A DNA stretch of 64,000 nucleotides, taken from Candidatus Latescibacterota bacterium (lineage in GTDB: Bacteria > Latescibacterota > UBA2968 > GCA-2709665). The stretch spans positions 1,344,001 through 1,408,000 of the forward strand of contig OZ250150.1 of NCBI GenBank assembly GCA_965237675.1, written 5' to 3'. The position numbers and the translations under genes were made by a program. Positions 50,506-60,357 of this stretch are shown piece after piece. The notes beneath the pieces were generated by a model, which saw only the letters and a program-made list of their open reading frames with translations, had not been told where the DNA came from and made no database searches. Numbering within the stretch: the stretch's first letter is position 1; each line of letters starts with the position of its first letter.

Positions 50506-50666
50506 CCCTTCGACAAGCTCAGGGATCGGCTCATGTTGCGGGCGCAATGATGGTTCATTGAACTTGTCGAAATGCCCGCGTTTCGCTTCTCGTCGATACC
50601 CTTCGACACCCTTCGACAGGCTCAGGGCACGAGCTCAGGGCACGCTGAGGGGCCACAGGCTCAGGA
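50506..50666. repeat. CCCTTCGACA(A/G)GCTCAGGG REP-like units, partly self-nested
   Basis: Copies at 50506 and 50599-50666; inverted copy at ~59723-59741. Confidence 0.7.
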
Positions 50667-50783
50667 TGCTGGCTCCATCGGCAAGTTGGTGCGTCGGAAG
50701 ACAGCGGCTGCCAGAATATTCCCCAACTTCTGGGTTTTTATCCTGTCTATCCATGTATATTCCCGTTCAGTGAATCAAAAAGC

Positions 50784-51851
50784 CTAAAACGCCTGGCTTA
50801 TATTTCTGCGATGCAGGATGAACCAGATCACGACCGGTGCACCAATCAGGGACGTGACCGCATTCAGGGGAAGAACGTATTGACTGCCCGGCAAATGGGC
50901 AAACAGATCGGATAGCAGCGCCAGGGTCGCCCCGAGGCAGATGACGGCGGGCATAAGCACGCGGTGATCCGACGTGTGCAGGAGACTGCGGCAAAGATGG
51001 GGCACGGCCAGGCCCAGGAACGCGATCGGGCCGCAGAAGGCAGTGGTGGCGCCGGCAAGAATGGACGCACTGACCAGAATCCACAAGCGGGCGCGCTTCA
51101 CGTTGAGACCCATACTCCGGGCGTAATTCTCCCCGAGCAAGAGTGCATTGAGAGGTTTGATGCACAGTAACGCCAATAGAAGGCCGAGGAACGTGGCACA
51201 GACGAGCACGGGCATCTGACGCCACGTCACGCTGCCAAAACTGCCGAAAGTCCACAGAATGTAGGACTGTATCTGCTGGGGAACGCTGAAATAGATCAAT
51301 ATGCTGACGAACGCTCCGGTCGCATACCCGAACATCAGACCCAGTATGAGCAGCGTCATCACACTCTGCACGCTACGGGAAACCAGCAGCACGCACCCCA
51401 AAACCGTGGCGGCGCCCAGGATGGCCGCAATCGCAAGACTTAAATCGCCCATGACGCCCAAACCAGCGATGAGCGCTCCGCCGACCGTTCCCGCCGCCAG
51501 CACCACAATGGCGACGCCGAGACTGGCGCCGGCGCTGATACCCAGCACGAACGGATCGGCGAGTGGATTACGAAACAACGTCTGCATCTGCAAGCCGCTC
51601 ACGGAAAGCGCCGCGCCGGCCAGCACGCCGGTTACCGCCCTGGGCAGACGAATGGTGTAGATAATGACCTCCCAGGCGGGAGAGGGTACATCCCTGCCCA
51701 AAAGAACGCCGAACAGCCCCGCCAATGGAATTCGGACCGACCCTAGCGACAGGCTCAACCCGAACGCGATCAGAAGCAGCAACAATAATCCCGGCACGAT
51801 AACCGCGCGCCGTGGTCCCTCCTCCGTTTCATCTCTCTGTTGCGCCTTCAT
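50784..51851 (-). CDS. FecCD/BtuC-family ABC permease
   Basis: IRLPRA, QTLFRNPLADP, LLGENYARSMG and GPIAFLGLAVPH motifs. Confidence 0.93.
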   Translation of the reverse strand: MKAQQRDETEEGPRRAVIVPGLLLLLLIAFGLSLSLGSVRIPLAGLFGVLLGRDVPSPAWEVIIYTIRLPRAVTGVLAGAALSVSGLQMQTLFRNPLADPFVLGISAGASLGVAIVVLAAGTVGGALIAGLGVMGDLSLAIAAILGAATVLGCVLLVSRSVQSVMTLLILGLMFGYATGAFVSILIYFSVPQQIQSYILWTFGSFGSVTWRQMPVLVCATFLGLLLALLCIKPLNALLLGENYARSMGLNVKRARLWILVSASILAGATTAFCGPIAFLGLAVPHLCRSLLHTSDHRVLMPAVICLGATLALLSDLFAHLPGSQYVLPLNAVTSLIGAPVVIWFILHRRNISQAF

Positions 51852-51856
51852 CCCGT

Positions 51857-52894
51857 TTATTCCGATTCTGGCAGGGCTTCTATTCCATATTCGCCTTTTA
51901 GCGCCGTGATCAAGTCGTAAATGGAATGATATCTCCGGGTCACTCCGTTGTGCTCGACACACCATGCGCCGTTTTCGCCATCGTGAACCGTGATGCGCCG
52001 CCCGGATTCCGCACCGCTAACGTGAAACCCCGCCCTCGCCAGTGCGCGCTTTGTCCAATAGGCGCGCCGCCCCTGCCCGGAAACAACGACCGAGGCGCGG
52101 CCGCGCTGAGAGGTGGTCCTGAATGCACCCGTATCGGCGTCAAAACGCACGCCATCACTCTGAAACGTGCTTTCAAATGCGCCATTCAGAACCAGATCTT
52201 CGGGCGCACCGGACTGCAATGCGCCCTCGGACGGCATAAGATAAATACGGTCTGCACAACGCAGCGCCAGGTCGAGGTCGTGCGTCGAGAGGAGAATCGC
52301 CTTCCGAGTCGTATGTGCGAGATTCTGCAATAAAGCCATGATTTCCACGCGGCGGGGCAGATCCAGAAAGGCCGTGGGTTCGTCAAGAATCATGAGGTCG
52401 GGCTGTTGTGCCAACGCGCGCGCGATCAATACCTTCTGACGCTCGCCATCGCTGAGTTCGGCCACATTGCGGTGTTCCAGATCCCCGGCGCGCGCCACCC
52501 GAATCGCCCAGGAAACGGCCTGCTCGTCTTCGGGGGCGAAGCGTCCAATCCAATCGGTGTGGGGATATCGCCCCAGGCCCACCAGATCACGCACCGTCAT
52601 GGCACCCACGCTGATGCGATCCGTGAGCACCACGCTTAGCACCTGGGCAACTTCGGTCGCGGACATATCCGCGATGTTCGCACCTGCGAGAAAAACGTGC
52701 CCATTGAGCGATGGCTGCATCCCGGCAAGCGTGCGCATAAGCGTGGATTTCCCCGCGCCGTTGGGCCCCAGGAGACAAACAAAATCACCGGGATCGAGCG
52801 ATACGTCGATATTGCGAGCCACAACGCGAGTCGGCCGACGACCGCTTTTGTAACCGATGGAGAGATCCAGCGCCGTTAGAATCGCCTCAGTCAA
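51857..52894 (-). CDS. FecE/BtuD-type ABC ATP-binding protein with a C-terminal extension
   Basis: GPNGAGKST, LSDGERQK and LDEPTAFLD motifs. Confidence 0.93.
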   Translation of the reverse strand: MTEAILTALDLSIGYKSGRRPTRVVARNIDVSLDPGDFVCLLGPNGAGKSTLMRTLAGMQPSLNGHVFLAGANIADMSATEVAQVLSVVLTDRISVGAMTVRDLVGLGRYPHTDWIGRFAPEDEQAVSWAIRVARAGDLEHRNVAELSDGERQKVLIARALAQQPDLMILDEPTAFLDLPRRVEIMALLQNLAHTTRKAILLSTHDLDLALRCADRIYLMPSEGALQSGAPEDLVLNGAFESTFQSDGVRFDADTGAFRTTSQRGRASVVVSGQGRRAYWTKRALARAGFHVSGAESGRRITVHDGENGAWCVEHNGVTRRYHSIYDLITALKGEYGIEALPESE

Positions 52895-53126
52895 CGCGCC
52901 TCCGGAATTGTATGACCCCTCCCCCAGCCCCTCCCCGGGACGGGAAGGGGAGCGAGGAAGGTAGGTCCAGATAAATTTAAAATAGCGATTAAGGTGCTCA
53001 AGGCTATTCTTCCATCCGCGTGAACGAAAAGACGGGTCGCGCTTTAACGTCCAGAAACATCATTGTACGGAAAAACCCGCAATGCTTATCGTTGAGAGGT
53101 TCGACTGCTGCTAAGCTTTATCCTTC

Positions 53127-53353
53127 GCGCGACCGGTGGCGGAGATGGGGGTTTTTCCGCGTTAATCCATTCAGCAACGTCGTTTTGGACAGCCTGCGGT
53201 GCCGGCAGGGCAACATCGTTCGTATTCTCCATTGCGGCAGTTCGCGGAAAAGCAGCCCCGCGGCGTTTGATCGGCGCCCTTCTTTTTCGCCCTTTTTCTT
53301 GGGCGATGCAAGAAAAAGGTCAAGGGAATAGGGGACGTCAGGGGGTGGGGAAG
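53127..53353 (-). repeat. Structured dispersed repeat, element X copy C, inside the B12 operon
   Basis: Reverse complement matches copies A, B and D, including the hairpin and the long-range stem. Confidence 0.85.
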
Positions 53354-53405
53354 ATTCTAACTTACGTGTAGCGAAACATGAGCTTTTCGGCAAGTCCAAT
53401 AGTGC

Positions 53406-54650
53406 TCATCTACCTCCGAATTCCGAAGCGAAGATCAGAAAATCGGGAAAATCGACCTCTCCATTGCCATTCAAATCGAATCTGGCATCAAACTCGCCGT
53501 CGCCGGCTGTCCTGCCAAAGCCGGAAACAAATGCCACGAAATCGCTGAAATCCACTTCGCAATCATCATTGAAATCCGCCGCGCTGCCGACAAACGCAAT
53601 ACTCGACGGCGGCAAGCCTGTACTGATCGGACCGGCCAGAAGTTCATCCGTATTCACGTCGTAGACCTTCACGCCGACGGAAGCCGGATCGCCGAAACTC
53701 CCCTGATCCAGAATATATAACCGCGTGCCGAATAGGCCCAGGCCGGGCACAAATCCGCCGGAAAGACCGTCCAGGCCCTGGGACACGGACTGCGTCGCCA
53801 GATCCAGCCGCTTGACGGTATTGACGAAATTTTCGTCGGTAACCACGGCATACCCCTCATTATCGGATGCCATCACCAGAGAACTCAGGTTGCCGCCCAC
53901 GGTCGCCTCATCAAGCACGATACCTTCGCTCCGCAAGTTCACCAGATCGATCACCTCAATGCCGCCGTCTGTCAAATCGGTGTACGAATTGACCGCACTC
54001 AAGAACCACTTGCTCCCTCGTTGGGCGGCGGCCCCGGGATTCTTGCCCGCCATTACAATCCCCTGTACGCCCTCGGTATCCGCATCCGCGTCCACCAATA
54101 GATCGGTCGTCACGTCAACAACAGCAATGGTCGAAAATTCAGCCGGCGCCCATCCATTATCCCTATCCAACCGTTGACACGCGGCGAATAAATGACTCCC
54201 GTATAAGGCCAGTTGAGAGACTTCCGGCAGGCCGTCCGCATCCGCGAATGTGGATAGATCGACCGCGCCCAACGAGTCACCGGTAACCGGATTTACGATG
54301 AGCATATGCGTTCGTTCATACAGTGAGATATACGCTTTCTCTACGCTGAAAAAGGCGATATCCTTCGGATTCGAACCATTGCCCGTCGAATACTGTATCA
54401 ACGGCGTCATTAGATCGCTACGATCCAACACGATCACATTATCCTGCGGCAGGCGATTGAGAATATACACCTTGTCGCGATACGTGCGCACAACCGCATC
54501 CGAATGAATCGTCAGATGATCGAGTGTTGCCGTATGTGTGGCAAGGTCCAGGCTCGAAAGACCGCCGCTGCTGTAATCCGTCGTGGTAATAACCGCCTGA
54601 TTTGCCAGTGCATCGGTTGCAAGAAACAGAACGAGCAGGAACCACCGCAT
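53406..54650 (-). CDS. Secreted YncE/BtuG-like beta-propeller with a C-terminal EF-hand/dockerin-like module
   Basis: Signal peptide MRWFLLVLFLATDALA; NPKDIAF...KAYIS repeats; ADFNDDCEVDFSDF...DLNGNGEVDFPDF. Confidence 0.75.
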   Translation of the reverse strand: MRWFLLVLFLATDALANQAVITTTDYSSGGLSSLDLATHTATLDHLTIHSDAVVRTYRDKVYILNRLPQDNVIVLDRSDLMTPLIQYSTGNGSNPKDIAFFSVEKAYISLYERTHMLIVNPVTGDSLGAVDLSTFADADGLPEVSQLALYGSHLFAACQRLDRDNGWAPAEFSTIAVVDVTTDLLVDADADTEGVQGIVMAGKNPGAAAQRGSKWFLSAVNSYTDLTDGGIEVIDLVNLRSEGIVLDEATVGGNLSSLVMASDNEGYAVVTDENFVNTVKRLDLATQSVSQGLDGLSGGFVPGLGLFGTRLYILDQGSFGDPASVGVKVYDVNTDELLAGPISTGLPPSSIAFVGSAADFNDDCEVDFSDFVAFVSGFGRTAGDGEFDARFDLNGNGEVDFPDFLIFASEFGGR

Positions 54651-54766
54651 TGCATTCTCCCCTCGGGTCAAGAATGAAACACAACTCCTATCTGAATCAC
54701 GATTTGCCTGACGATACGGCGCGAAGCCGGGGAGTGTACACCCTGCGGCCCTTGTTTTCTTTGCAT

Positions 54767-56962
54767 TCAATCCGTGTTCACGCTTACAAAAAACGCACGC
54801 CCGGGAAGTGGATAACCCCAGGTATCGGCGATTTGCGCCCCGAACATATTCTTGGCCTCCAATCCGATTTGAAACCGCTGCCCGGTATCCACTTTCACGC
54901 CCGCACTGTGAATGTGGCGCGCCGATAGCGGGCGTCGATTCGCCTGGTCGAGAAAGCTGCCGTCCTCCAGGCTGTAGTCGTAAGCCACGGTACAGCGTCC
55001 CAGTCGCGCTGTCACACGGGCAAACAGCGCGTGGGGCGGGCGATTGGGCAGAACGTTGCCGTTCAAATACGGAATTTCCGATCGGTCTCTGGCATCTTGA
55101 AATGTGTAATTTCCGGAAACGTCGAAGTGACGGCCAAAGCGTCTTTGCGCGGTCATTTCGAGCCCGTACACCCGCGCTCTGCCAATGTTGACGGGGCGCG
55201 ACGTGGCCTGCGACGTGTGGACAAACTGAATCAGATCTTCATAGCGATGATCAAAAAACGCCACTTCCAACGTGGTTGTCCCATCCGAATAACGCAGGCC
55301 CCCATCCCACGCGAATCCGTATTCGGGCCGGAGATTGACGTTGCCCACCACACCGCCGCGGTCGCCGAAAAGCTCGAAGAAGGATGGCACCCGGAACACA
55401 CGCCCCGCATTGGCCTTGAACGCCAGGTGCGATGCCAGGTCCAGACGCACGCCCGAGCGCACACTGGTGAGATTGCGCGTATTTGAGGAATCGGGCGCGA
55501 GCGGCGAAAAAGCGAAGGGATTGGCGCCCGTAAACGAACTGTGTATCCGGCGTTGTTCGGCGGTCAACGACCACACGCCGATTTGTCCCGGCAAGGAAAC
55601 ATCAACGCCCGCGCGCGCGGAAAGGATCCATCTCCGGCTATCGAATAGATTGGAGATGGTTCGGATGCGCGTTGTGGGGAAATAAGCCTCGCGGTGCAAG
55701 CCGACCACTGCCGAGATATCGCTGTGCGAAGACAAAACGGTTTGCAAACGGCCCCGCCATCCATAGGTGCGCGTGCGATAATCGTTGTCCTGCCTGCCAA
55801 TCCCAACTTCGCCATCGAGATCTCGGAACCGCTCCCTGGTCCGGGTGACATAGAGCGATTGGCGCGTACTCATTCCTGGGGAAAGCGCTCGGTCTTCATA
55901 CGTGATTTCGGTCATCGTCCGGAAGGCATCCAATTGTGCATTCCGTGACTGATTGTTGCTGATTCCGGGCATGCCCTGGTATTTCCAGTACGCCGTTTCG
56001 TGGATGGATAGATTGCTATTGTCCCCGAGAGCGCGACGCCATTTGCCCAGTAGATTGAGGGATCGGTGGTCGTTGTTCCGGCGCTTGCTCCAGGCGTCGT
56101 CATCGGCATTGTATTCGGTTCCGTTGTCGTCCAGAAACCCGAAGTCGTTATCGCTTTGCGCGTAGTCGGCCACAACGAGAAACTCCGACTGCCCGAGCCC
56201 GCCCGCGAGCACACCACTTAGCAACCGCGTATCAAAAGCCCCCCACGAACCTCGAATGCCATGTCGCCATCGTCTTTGCGTCGGACGGGTGCGCACGTGC
56301 ACCGTGCCGCCCAGTCCATTGCCGCCTGCGCCCGCGCCGCGATACACCTCGATCTGCCCGACGTGCGCCAGCGGCAAACTGCCGAGGTCCACGCCTCCGC
56401 CAAAAGCGGCGTTCAACAGAATGCCGTCGAGATAGACCTCAACCTGATCGGCGGATGAACCCCGCAGAGAAAGCGTGCTGAACGCGCCCAACCCGCCCAG
56501 GCGCTTGACGTGTACACCCGTGGCTTCGGCCAATACATCGGGCAGCGTGGTTTCTCTACCCTCGAAACTCTCTCGCGTAATCACGGTGGCATAAGCCGGA
56601 TTCCTGTGAACGTCGCCGGCCCCCATGGGATCGGCGATCACCGAGAATTCACCGAGAGGAAACGTCCTGGGAGACAGCCGGACAGAAACGTCGGTCTTTC
56701 CTTTCACGCGGACCGTGCGTTGCCCGGACAGGTAGGCGATATGCGTTATGGCGAGCGTATAGGTACCGGCCTTCAGATCGTAAAAAGCGAAATGACCGCG
56801 GTCATCCGTCATTGTCGCAAGATCGTCGTTGAGAACGCGAACACGCGCATTGGCGATGGGCATTCGCGTCTCCGTATCGGTGACGCGGCCGGCAATCTCC
56901 GCCGCCTGAAGCGGCGTGTTTGCGAAGAGAATCAGGAAGATCACGAGTCGTATTATTAGCAT
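54767..56962 (-). CDS. TonB-dependent receptor (BtuB-like) with an N-terminal carboxypeptidase-regulatory-like domain
   Basis: Plug motifs SLRGSS...VYLDG...IEVYRG; RVPSFFELF, NLRPE and PGRAFFV. Confidence 0.9.
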   Translation of the reverse strand: MLIIRLVIFLILFANTPLQAAEIAGRVTDTETRMPIANARVRVLNDDLATMTDDRGHFAFYDLKAGTYTLAITHIAYLSGQRTVRVKGKTDVSVRLSPRTFPLGEFSVIADPMGAGDVHRNPAYATVITRESFEGRETTLPDVLAEATGVHVKRLGGLGAFSTLSLRGSSADQVEVYLDGILLNAAFGGGVDLGSLPLAHVGQIEVYRGAGAGGNGLGGTVHVRTRPTQRRWRHGIRGSWGAFDTRLLSGVLAGGLGQSEFLVVADYAQSDNDFGFLDDNGTEYNADDDAWSKRRNNDHRSLNLLGKWRRALGDNSNLSIHETAYWKYQGMPGISNNQSRNAQLDAFRTMTEITYEDRALSPGMSTRQSLYVTRTRERFRDLDGEVGIGRQDNDYRTRTYGWRGRLQTVLSSHSDISAVVGLHREAYFPTTRIRTISNLFDSRRWILSARAGVDVSLPGQIGVWSLTAEQRRIHSSFTGANPFAFSPLAPDSSNTRNLTSVRSGVRLDLASHLAFKANAGRVFRVPSFFELFGDRGGVVGNVNLRPEYGFAWDGGLRYSDGTTTLEVAFFDHRYEDLIQFVHTSQATSRPVNIGRARVYGLEMTAQRRFGRHFDVSGNYTFQDARDRSEIPYLNGNVLPNRPPHALFARVTARLGRCTVAYDYSLEDGSFLDQANRRPLSARHIHSAGVKVDTGQRFQIGLEAKNMFGAQIADTWGYPLPGRAFFVSVNTD

Positions 56963-56965
56963 GGG

Positions 56966-58090
56966 CTATGGATCCAGCTTCCGATAGTATTTGAGTTGGT
57001 GATCCGACAGCAGGTTCGGGTGCAGGATTTCGATGAGATCAGCCAGCAGAACGTCCGGTTCGATCAGGCCCGTTTCCCAATAGTCGTTTCCGCCGTTTGC
57101 ATTGAGCCTCGCATTGGCATTGAAGACTTTCCCCGTTTTGACCGCCCCGAATTTCCCGTAACGCTCGTCCTCGGCCACGACGTCGTTACGACAACGCCAC
57201 TCATTTCTCATCGTGATCCAGAATTCGGCATCGTGGGCTTTTTCGTAGACCGCTTCGAAATCGAGCGACAGACTCCGTTGCGATTCATTGTCTGACCACA
57301 AATAATCCGCTCCCGCGTCCTCGAGCAATTGCGCGGCATATGTTTTTCCGCCCGACATGAACCAGGTCCCGCGCCAGAGGGACCCTACAAAGACGGTGGG
57401 TTTTTTGTCCGCCGGCAGATTCCGCGTCAACGCCTTGCGCGCATTGTACCTGACCACAATACTGTCGAACCGTGCGGCGGCCAATGCCTCCTTATTGAAA
57501 AAAGCACCCATGAATTTGAGCCACTCCACGCGTCCCAGCAGCGTCGGTTCGGCATAGGCGGCATTCACCACGGCGGTCACCCCCGCCTGCCGGAGCGAGG
57601 GAAACGCGTTGTCCTGCGTTGGCGCGTCGATGATGACGATATCGGGTTGGAGCATGAGAACTTGCTCCGTATCGATGGACCTGCCCCTTCCGACTTCCGA
57701 TATCCTGCCTTCTGCAAAACGTTGTCTGACGGCTTCCGAATTGACGAATTTGACGTTGTCGACCGCAACGAGGCTTTGAACCTCATCCAGCTTTTCGATA
57801 TGCGGCAGGTGCGTCGTGGATGTGGTTATCAGAGCCCGCACGGGAATCCGTATCCTCGGAACGCCTCCATAGCCATCGGGCGATTTCCGGCCGCGCTGTA
57901 CCAGGACGTACCGAAGCGTATCCCGAGTTCCGGATCCCGGCTCCAGGACGGTCACGACCTTGTACCCATCGAAGTAGTCAACGCGAAATCCCTCCGCATA
58001 TTGCAGAGGCATTTGCGCGCAGATAGGCATCGCCGCACCCCAGATCCCGACGCAACAGACCAAGCGTGTCCAAAACCTGATATTCAACAC
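56966..58090 (-). CDS. Periplasmic binding protein (BtuF/FecB-like)
   Basis: YAEGFRVDY, ITTSTTH, EPTLLGRVEW and NDYWETG...PDVLLADL; GTG start inferred from a GGAGG RBS. Confidence 0.88.
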   Translation of the reverse strand: MLNIRFWTRLVCCVGIWGAAMPICAQMPLQYAEGFRVDYFDGYKVVTVLEPGSGTRDTLRYVLVQRGRKSPDGYGGVPRIRIPVRALITTSTTHLPHIEKLDEVQSLVAVDNVKFVNSEAVRQRFAEGRISEVGRGRSIDTEQVLMLQPDIVIIDAPTQDNAFPSLRQAGVTAVVNAAYAEPTLLGRVEWLKFMGAFFNKEALAAARFDSIVVRYNARKALTRNLPADKKPTVFVGSLWRGTWFMSGGKTYAAQLLEDAGADYLWSDNESQRSLSLDFEAVYEKAHDAEFWITMRNEWRCRNDVVAEDERYGKFGAVKTGKVFNANARLNANGGNDYWETGLIEPDVLLADLIEILHPNLLSDHQLKYYRKLDP

Positions 58091-58106
58091 GACGAAAACC
58101 TCCGGC

Positions 58107-58325
58107 AATCAGCGGTCAGCTTTCAGCAGTCAGCTCTCAGCAAAACAGCCAACAGCGATCAGCTAAATCCGGTTTACGAAACGGCCTGGCGAAGTCGATC
58201 AACGATTTCCGCGCCGCGATGTGGGCAACCACAAGGGTTGCCCCTACAGATGCAATCACGGCGCATACATTGCCCTTGACGTTTCGTTTCAAGCTGTTTG
58301 CTGACCGCTTATAGCTGATTGCTAA
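58107..58325. repeat. Insert bounded by inverted NNTCAGC/GCTGANN heptamer arrays, containing a GTAG-type REP (58221-58247)
   Basis: TCAGC array at 58107-58165 and GCTGA array at ~58300-58325; lies between the riboswitch terminator and the RBS of the btuF-like gene. Confidence 0.75.
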
Positions 58326-58363
58326 AGAAAATCCCCGACTTCCTTGCGGAAATCAGGGTGATT
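58324..58363 (-). terminator. Attenuator terminator of the cobalamin riboswitch expression platform
   Basis: Minus strand reads AATCACCCTGATTTCC-GCAA-GGAAGTCGGGGATT-TTCTTT. Confidence 0.65.
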
Positions 58364-58436
58364 GCCAACCACGTGGCGGAAACACACGTTTATGTCACCT
58401 TTTCCCAAATCCGCGAGGAAACTTAATCAGGTCTGG

Positions 58437-58587
58437 GATTCAGGCAGGTCTTCTGGCTCCTGGATCAACTGTTTCCCGCGCCTTCCCGGTTTCTGACCAG
58501 TGGCGTCTTTGCGGGAAACATCCCCAGTTACAGCGGCGGGACCGCAACGGATTTTCACCGTTTTCCCTGTTTTGTAACCTGAATCCG
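58437..58587 (-). ncRNA. Cobalamin (B12) riboswitch
   Basis: Minus strand reads AACAGGGAA-CGGTGAAAATCCG-GCGGTCCCGCCGCTGTAA...GCCACTG...GGGAAGG...GAGCCAGAAGACCTGCC; lies upstream of btu-type genes. Confidence 0.95.
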
Positions 58588-58745
58588 GAATTACTATGTG
58601 AATGCTGCTTTATTTAAATCTGAAAAGTCCTCCACTGAATGACCATTGTGGCGAATCGTGAGCCGACCCAACGTTGGCGACCCGTAGTCTGTGGATACGA
58701 AATATAAGCCGCTGATTCTGAAACATCAAGAACTTTGTTTTTCAG

Positions 58746-59363
58746 TCAACCGCCCCAGGCTTCGATGAACCCGAGATACTCAGGAACAGGCATCATATCC
58801 AGATCTTTGCCCCTGAAGCCCTCGGCCTCCCTCTCGTGATAGAAGTTGGCCATAAACTCATTGAATTGTTCCCATATCACTGTACCGCTCGGAACCCCAT
58901 TGATGCCGACCTCAACAAACCAGTTACGTACTTGACGGATCAGTTCTTCAGGCTCATCACGGTGGCGTTTAATGTCGGAGTTCGAGAGATCAGACAGTGC
59001 CTTTTGGTACTCGTACTGTTCAGTCTCCAAAATCAAACATCGCTTTTGACTCATTAAGCCACGAGAGAAGACCCGGCAACCGATGTCGAGACCCAGTTCG
59101 AAGGGCATATTCATCCTGTGGATTTCGCCCTCGAATGACGCTCGCATCCTTGACAGATCATGCACACTGTATTTGGATTCACGTACCAAATCACATATTC
59201 GATGGATCCTCGCAACTCCGGAGTCAAAAATCTCCGATGCAATTCTCACCGTCAGGCCTGCACGAACAGCACTGAACAGGAGAGGTCTCAGTAGGGGAGT
59301 GTAATCGTCATCAAAAGGACAGTTGATGAAGACGTTGGAATGGAAATCCCCCCGGCTGTTCAC
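58746..59363 (-). CDS. Hypothetical protein with a predicted nucleoside 2-deoxyribosyltransferase/TIR-like fold
   Basis: VFINCPFD, SVHDLSR and RMNMPFELG pattern; 4-bp overlap with the DUF2188 gene. Confidence 0.65.
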   Translation of the reverse strand: MNSRGDFHSNVFINCPFDDDYTPLLRPLLFSAVRAGLTVRIASEIFDSGVARIHRICDLVRESKYSVHDLSRMRASFEGEIHRMNMPFELGLDIGCRVFSRGLMSQKRCLILETEQYEYQKALSDLSNSDIKRHRDEPEELIRQVRNWFVEVGINGVPSGTVIWEQFNEFMANFYHEREAEGFRGKDLDMMPVPEYLGFIEAWGG

Positions 59364-59575
59364 TTAGCCCTTATCCATTTTTGTACCGATCCATCTCGTC
59401 TATGGATGACAACATCACTGCCTTTCGATATTTCGCTAGCACCTTTTTCGGCAGCAGATTTGGTGCCGAAAATTCTTGACGCTCTGGAATTTCCTTCCTT
59501 CTTGACTGCCCAACGATCTTTTCTTGAGATGACATGAACTCTCGAACCTTTAGTCGCCTGTGACTTTCTTGACAT
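59360..59575 (-). CDS. DUF2188-family small basic protein
   Basis: HVISRKDRWAVKKEGNSRAS...TKSAA...VIHRRDG pattern; AAGGAGG RBS. Confidence 0.8.
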   Translation of the reverse strand: MSRKSQATKGSRVHVISRKDRWAVKKEGNSRASRIFGTKSAAEKGASEISKGSDVVIHRRDGSVQKWIRAK

Positions 59576-59832
59576 GGCACCTCCTTTCTCACCGAGCTAG
59601 TAGAACCGTTGGCACATGGAATTATACCTACAAAGGAAGGCGACGGCAAGAGCGTTGGCGACTTCAGGGCCGAAAATGTGTCCAGATCCACAAACTCAAA
59701 TGATGTCGGCCGTAGAGCCGCTCCCTGAGCCTGTCGATGGGTCGAATAGCGTCAAAGGGTAGGCGACGGGCTTTAAAACGCAGCCGGAACGGTTTGTCAG
59801 ATGAAATTTTCGCAAGTTCAGGCTTGCTATGT

Positions 59833-60357
59833 TCAGACAGAATTGTACGTCAACTCCCAATGCTTCTCTCCCGGCCACTCCCGGTACTGGATGTCCGTTC
59901 CGAAGCCACTCAACGTGGCAACGAGTTCCTGTTCTGTCGGGAAATTCTTCACGATGTCGTATTCCCGCCCATCCGAGAGAACCCGCCGCTCGATGGTATC
60001 GCCGTTGGAATCTTGGTGCCGTTGTGTGGCCATTCCGTCAACTCTGGGAACGTCATATTCGAGCTGGTCCGAAAACAGCACCAGCGCTCCGGGGATCAAC
60101 CTGCGGTGAAGCGATTGCAGAAACTCCCGCACGCGGGACCTGGGAATGTGCGACCACCACCAGACGGCGAATGCTGCCGGGAATGCGCCGGCCTCGGGGC
60201 CGAGGGAATACGCGTCTGCAAGACGGAATCTCACATGGGGGAGACGTTCACACCTCGATTGAGCCCGGGAGATCATCTCCGGGTTCACGTCGATTCCGAC
60301 AACCGACTTTGCAGTTTCCGCAAGGACCTCCGTCCAGTATCCGGTTCCACAGGCAAT
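59833..60357 (-). pseudogene. Class I SAM-dependent methyltransferase whose N-terminus is replaced by an IS1380 fragment
   Basis: IACGTGYWT motif I, then GIDVNPEM, ADAY and WWWSH. Confidence 0.8.
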
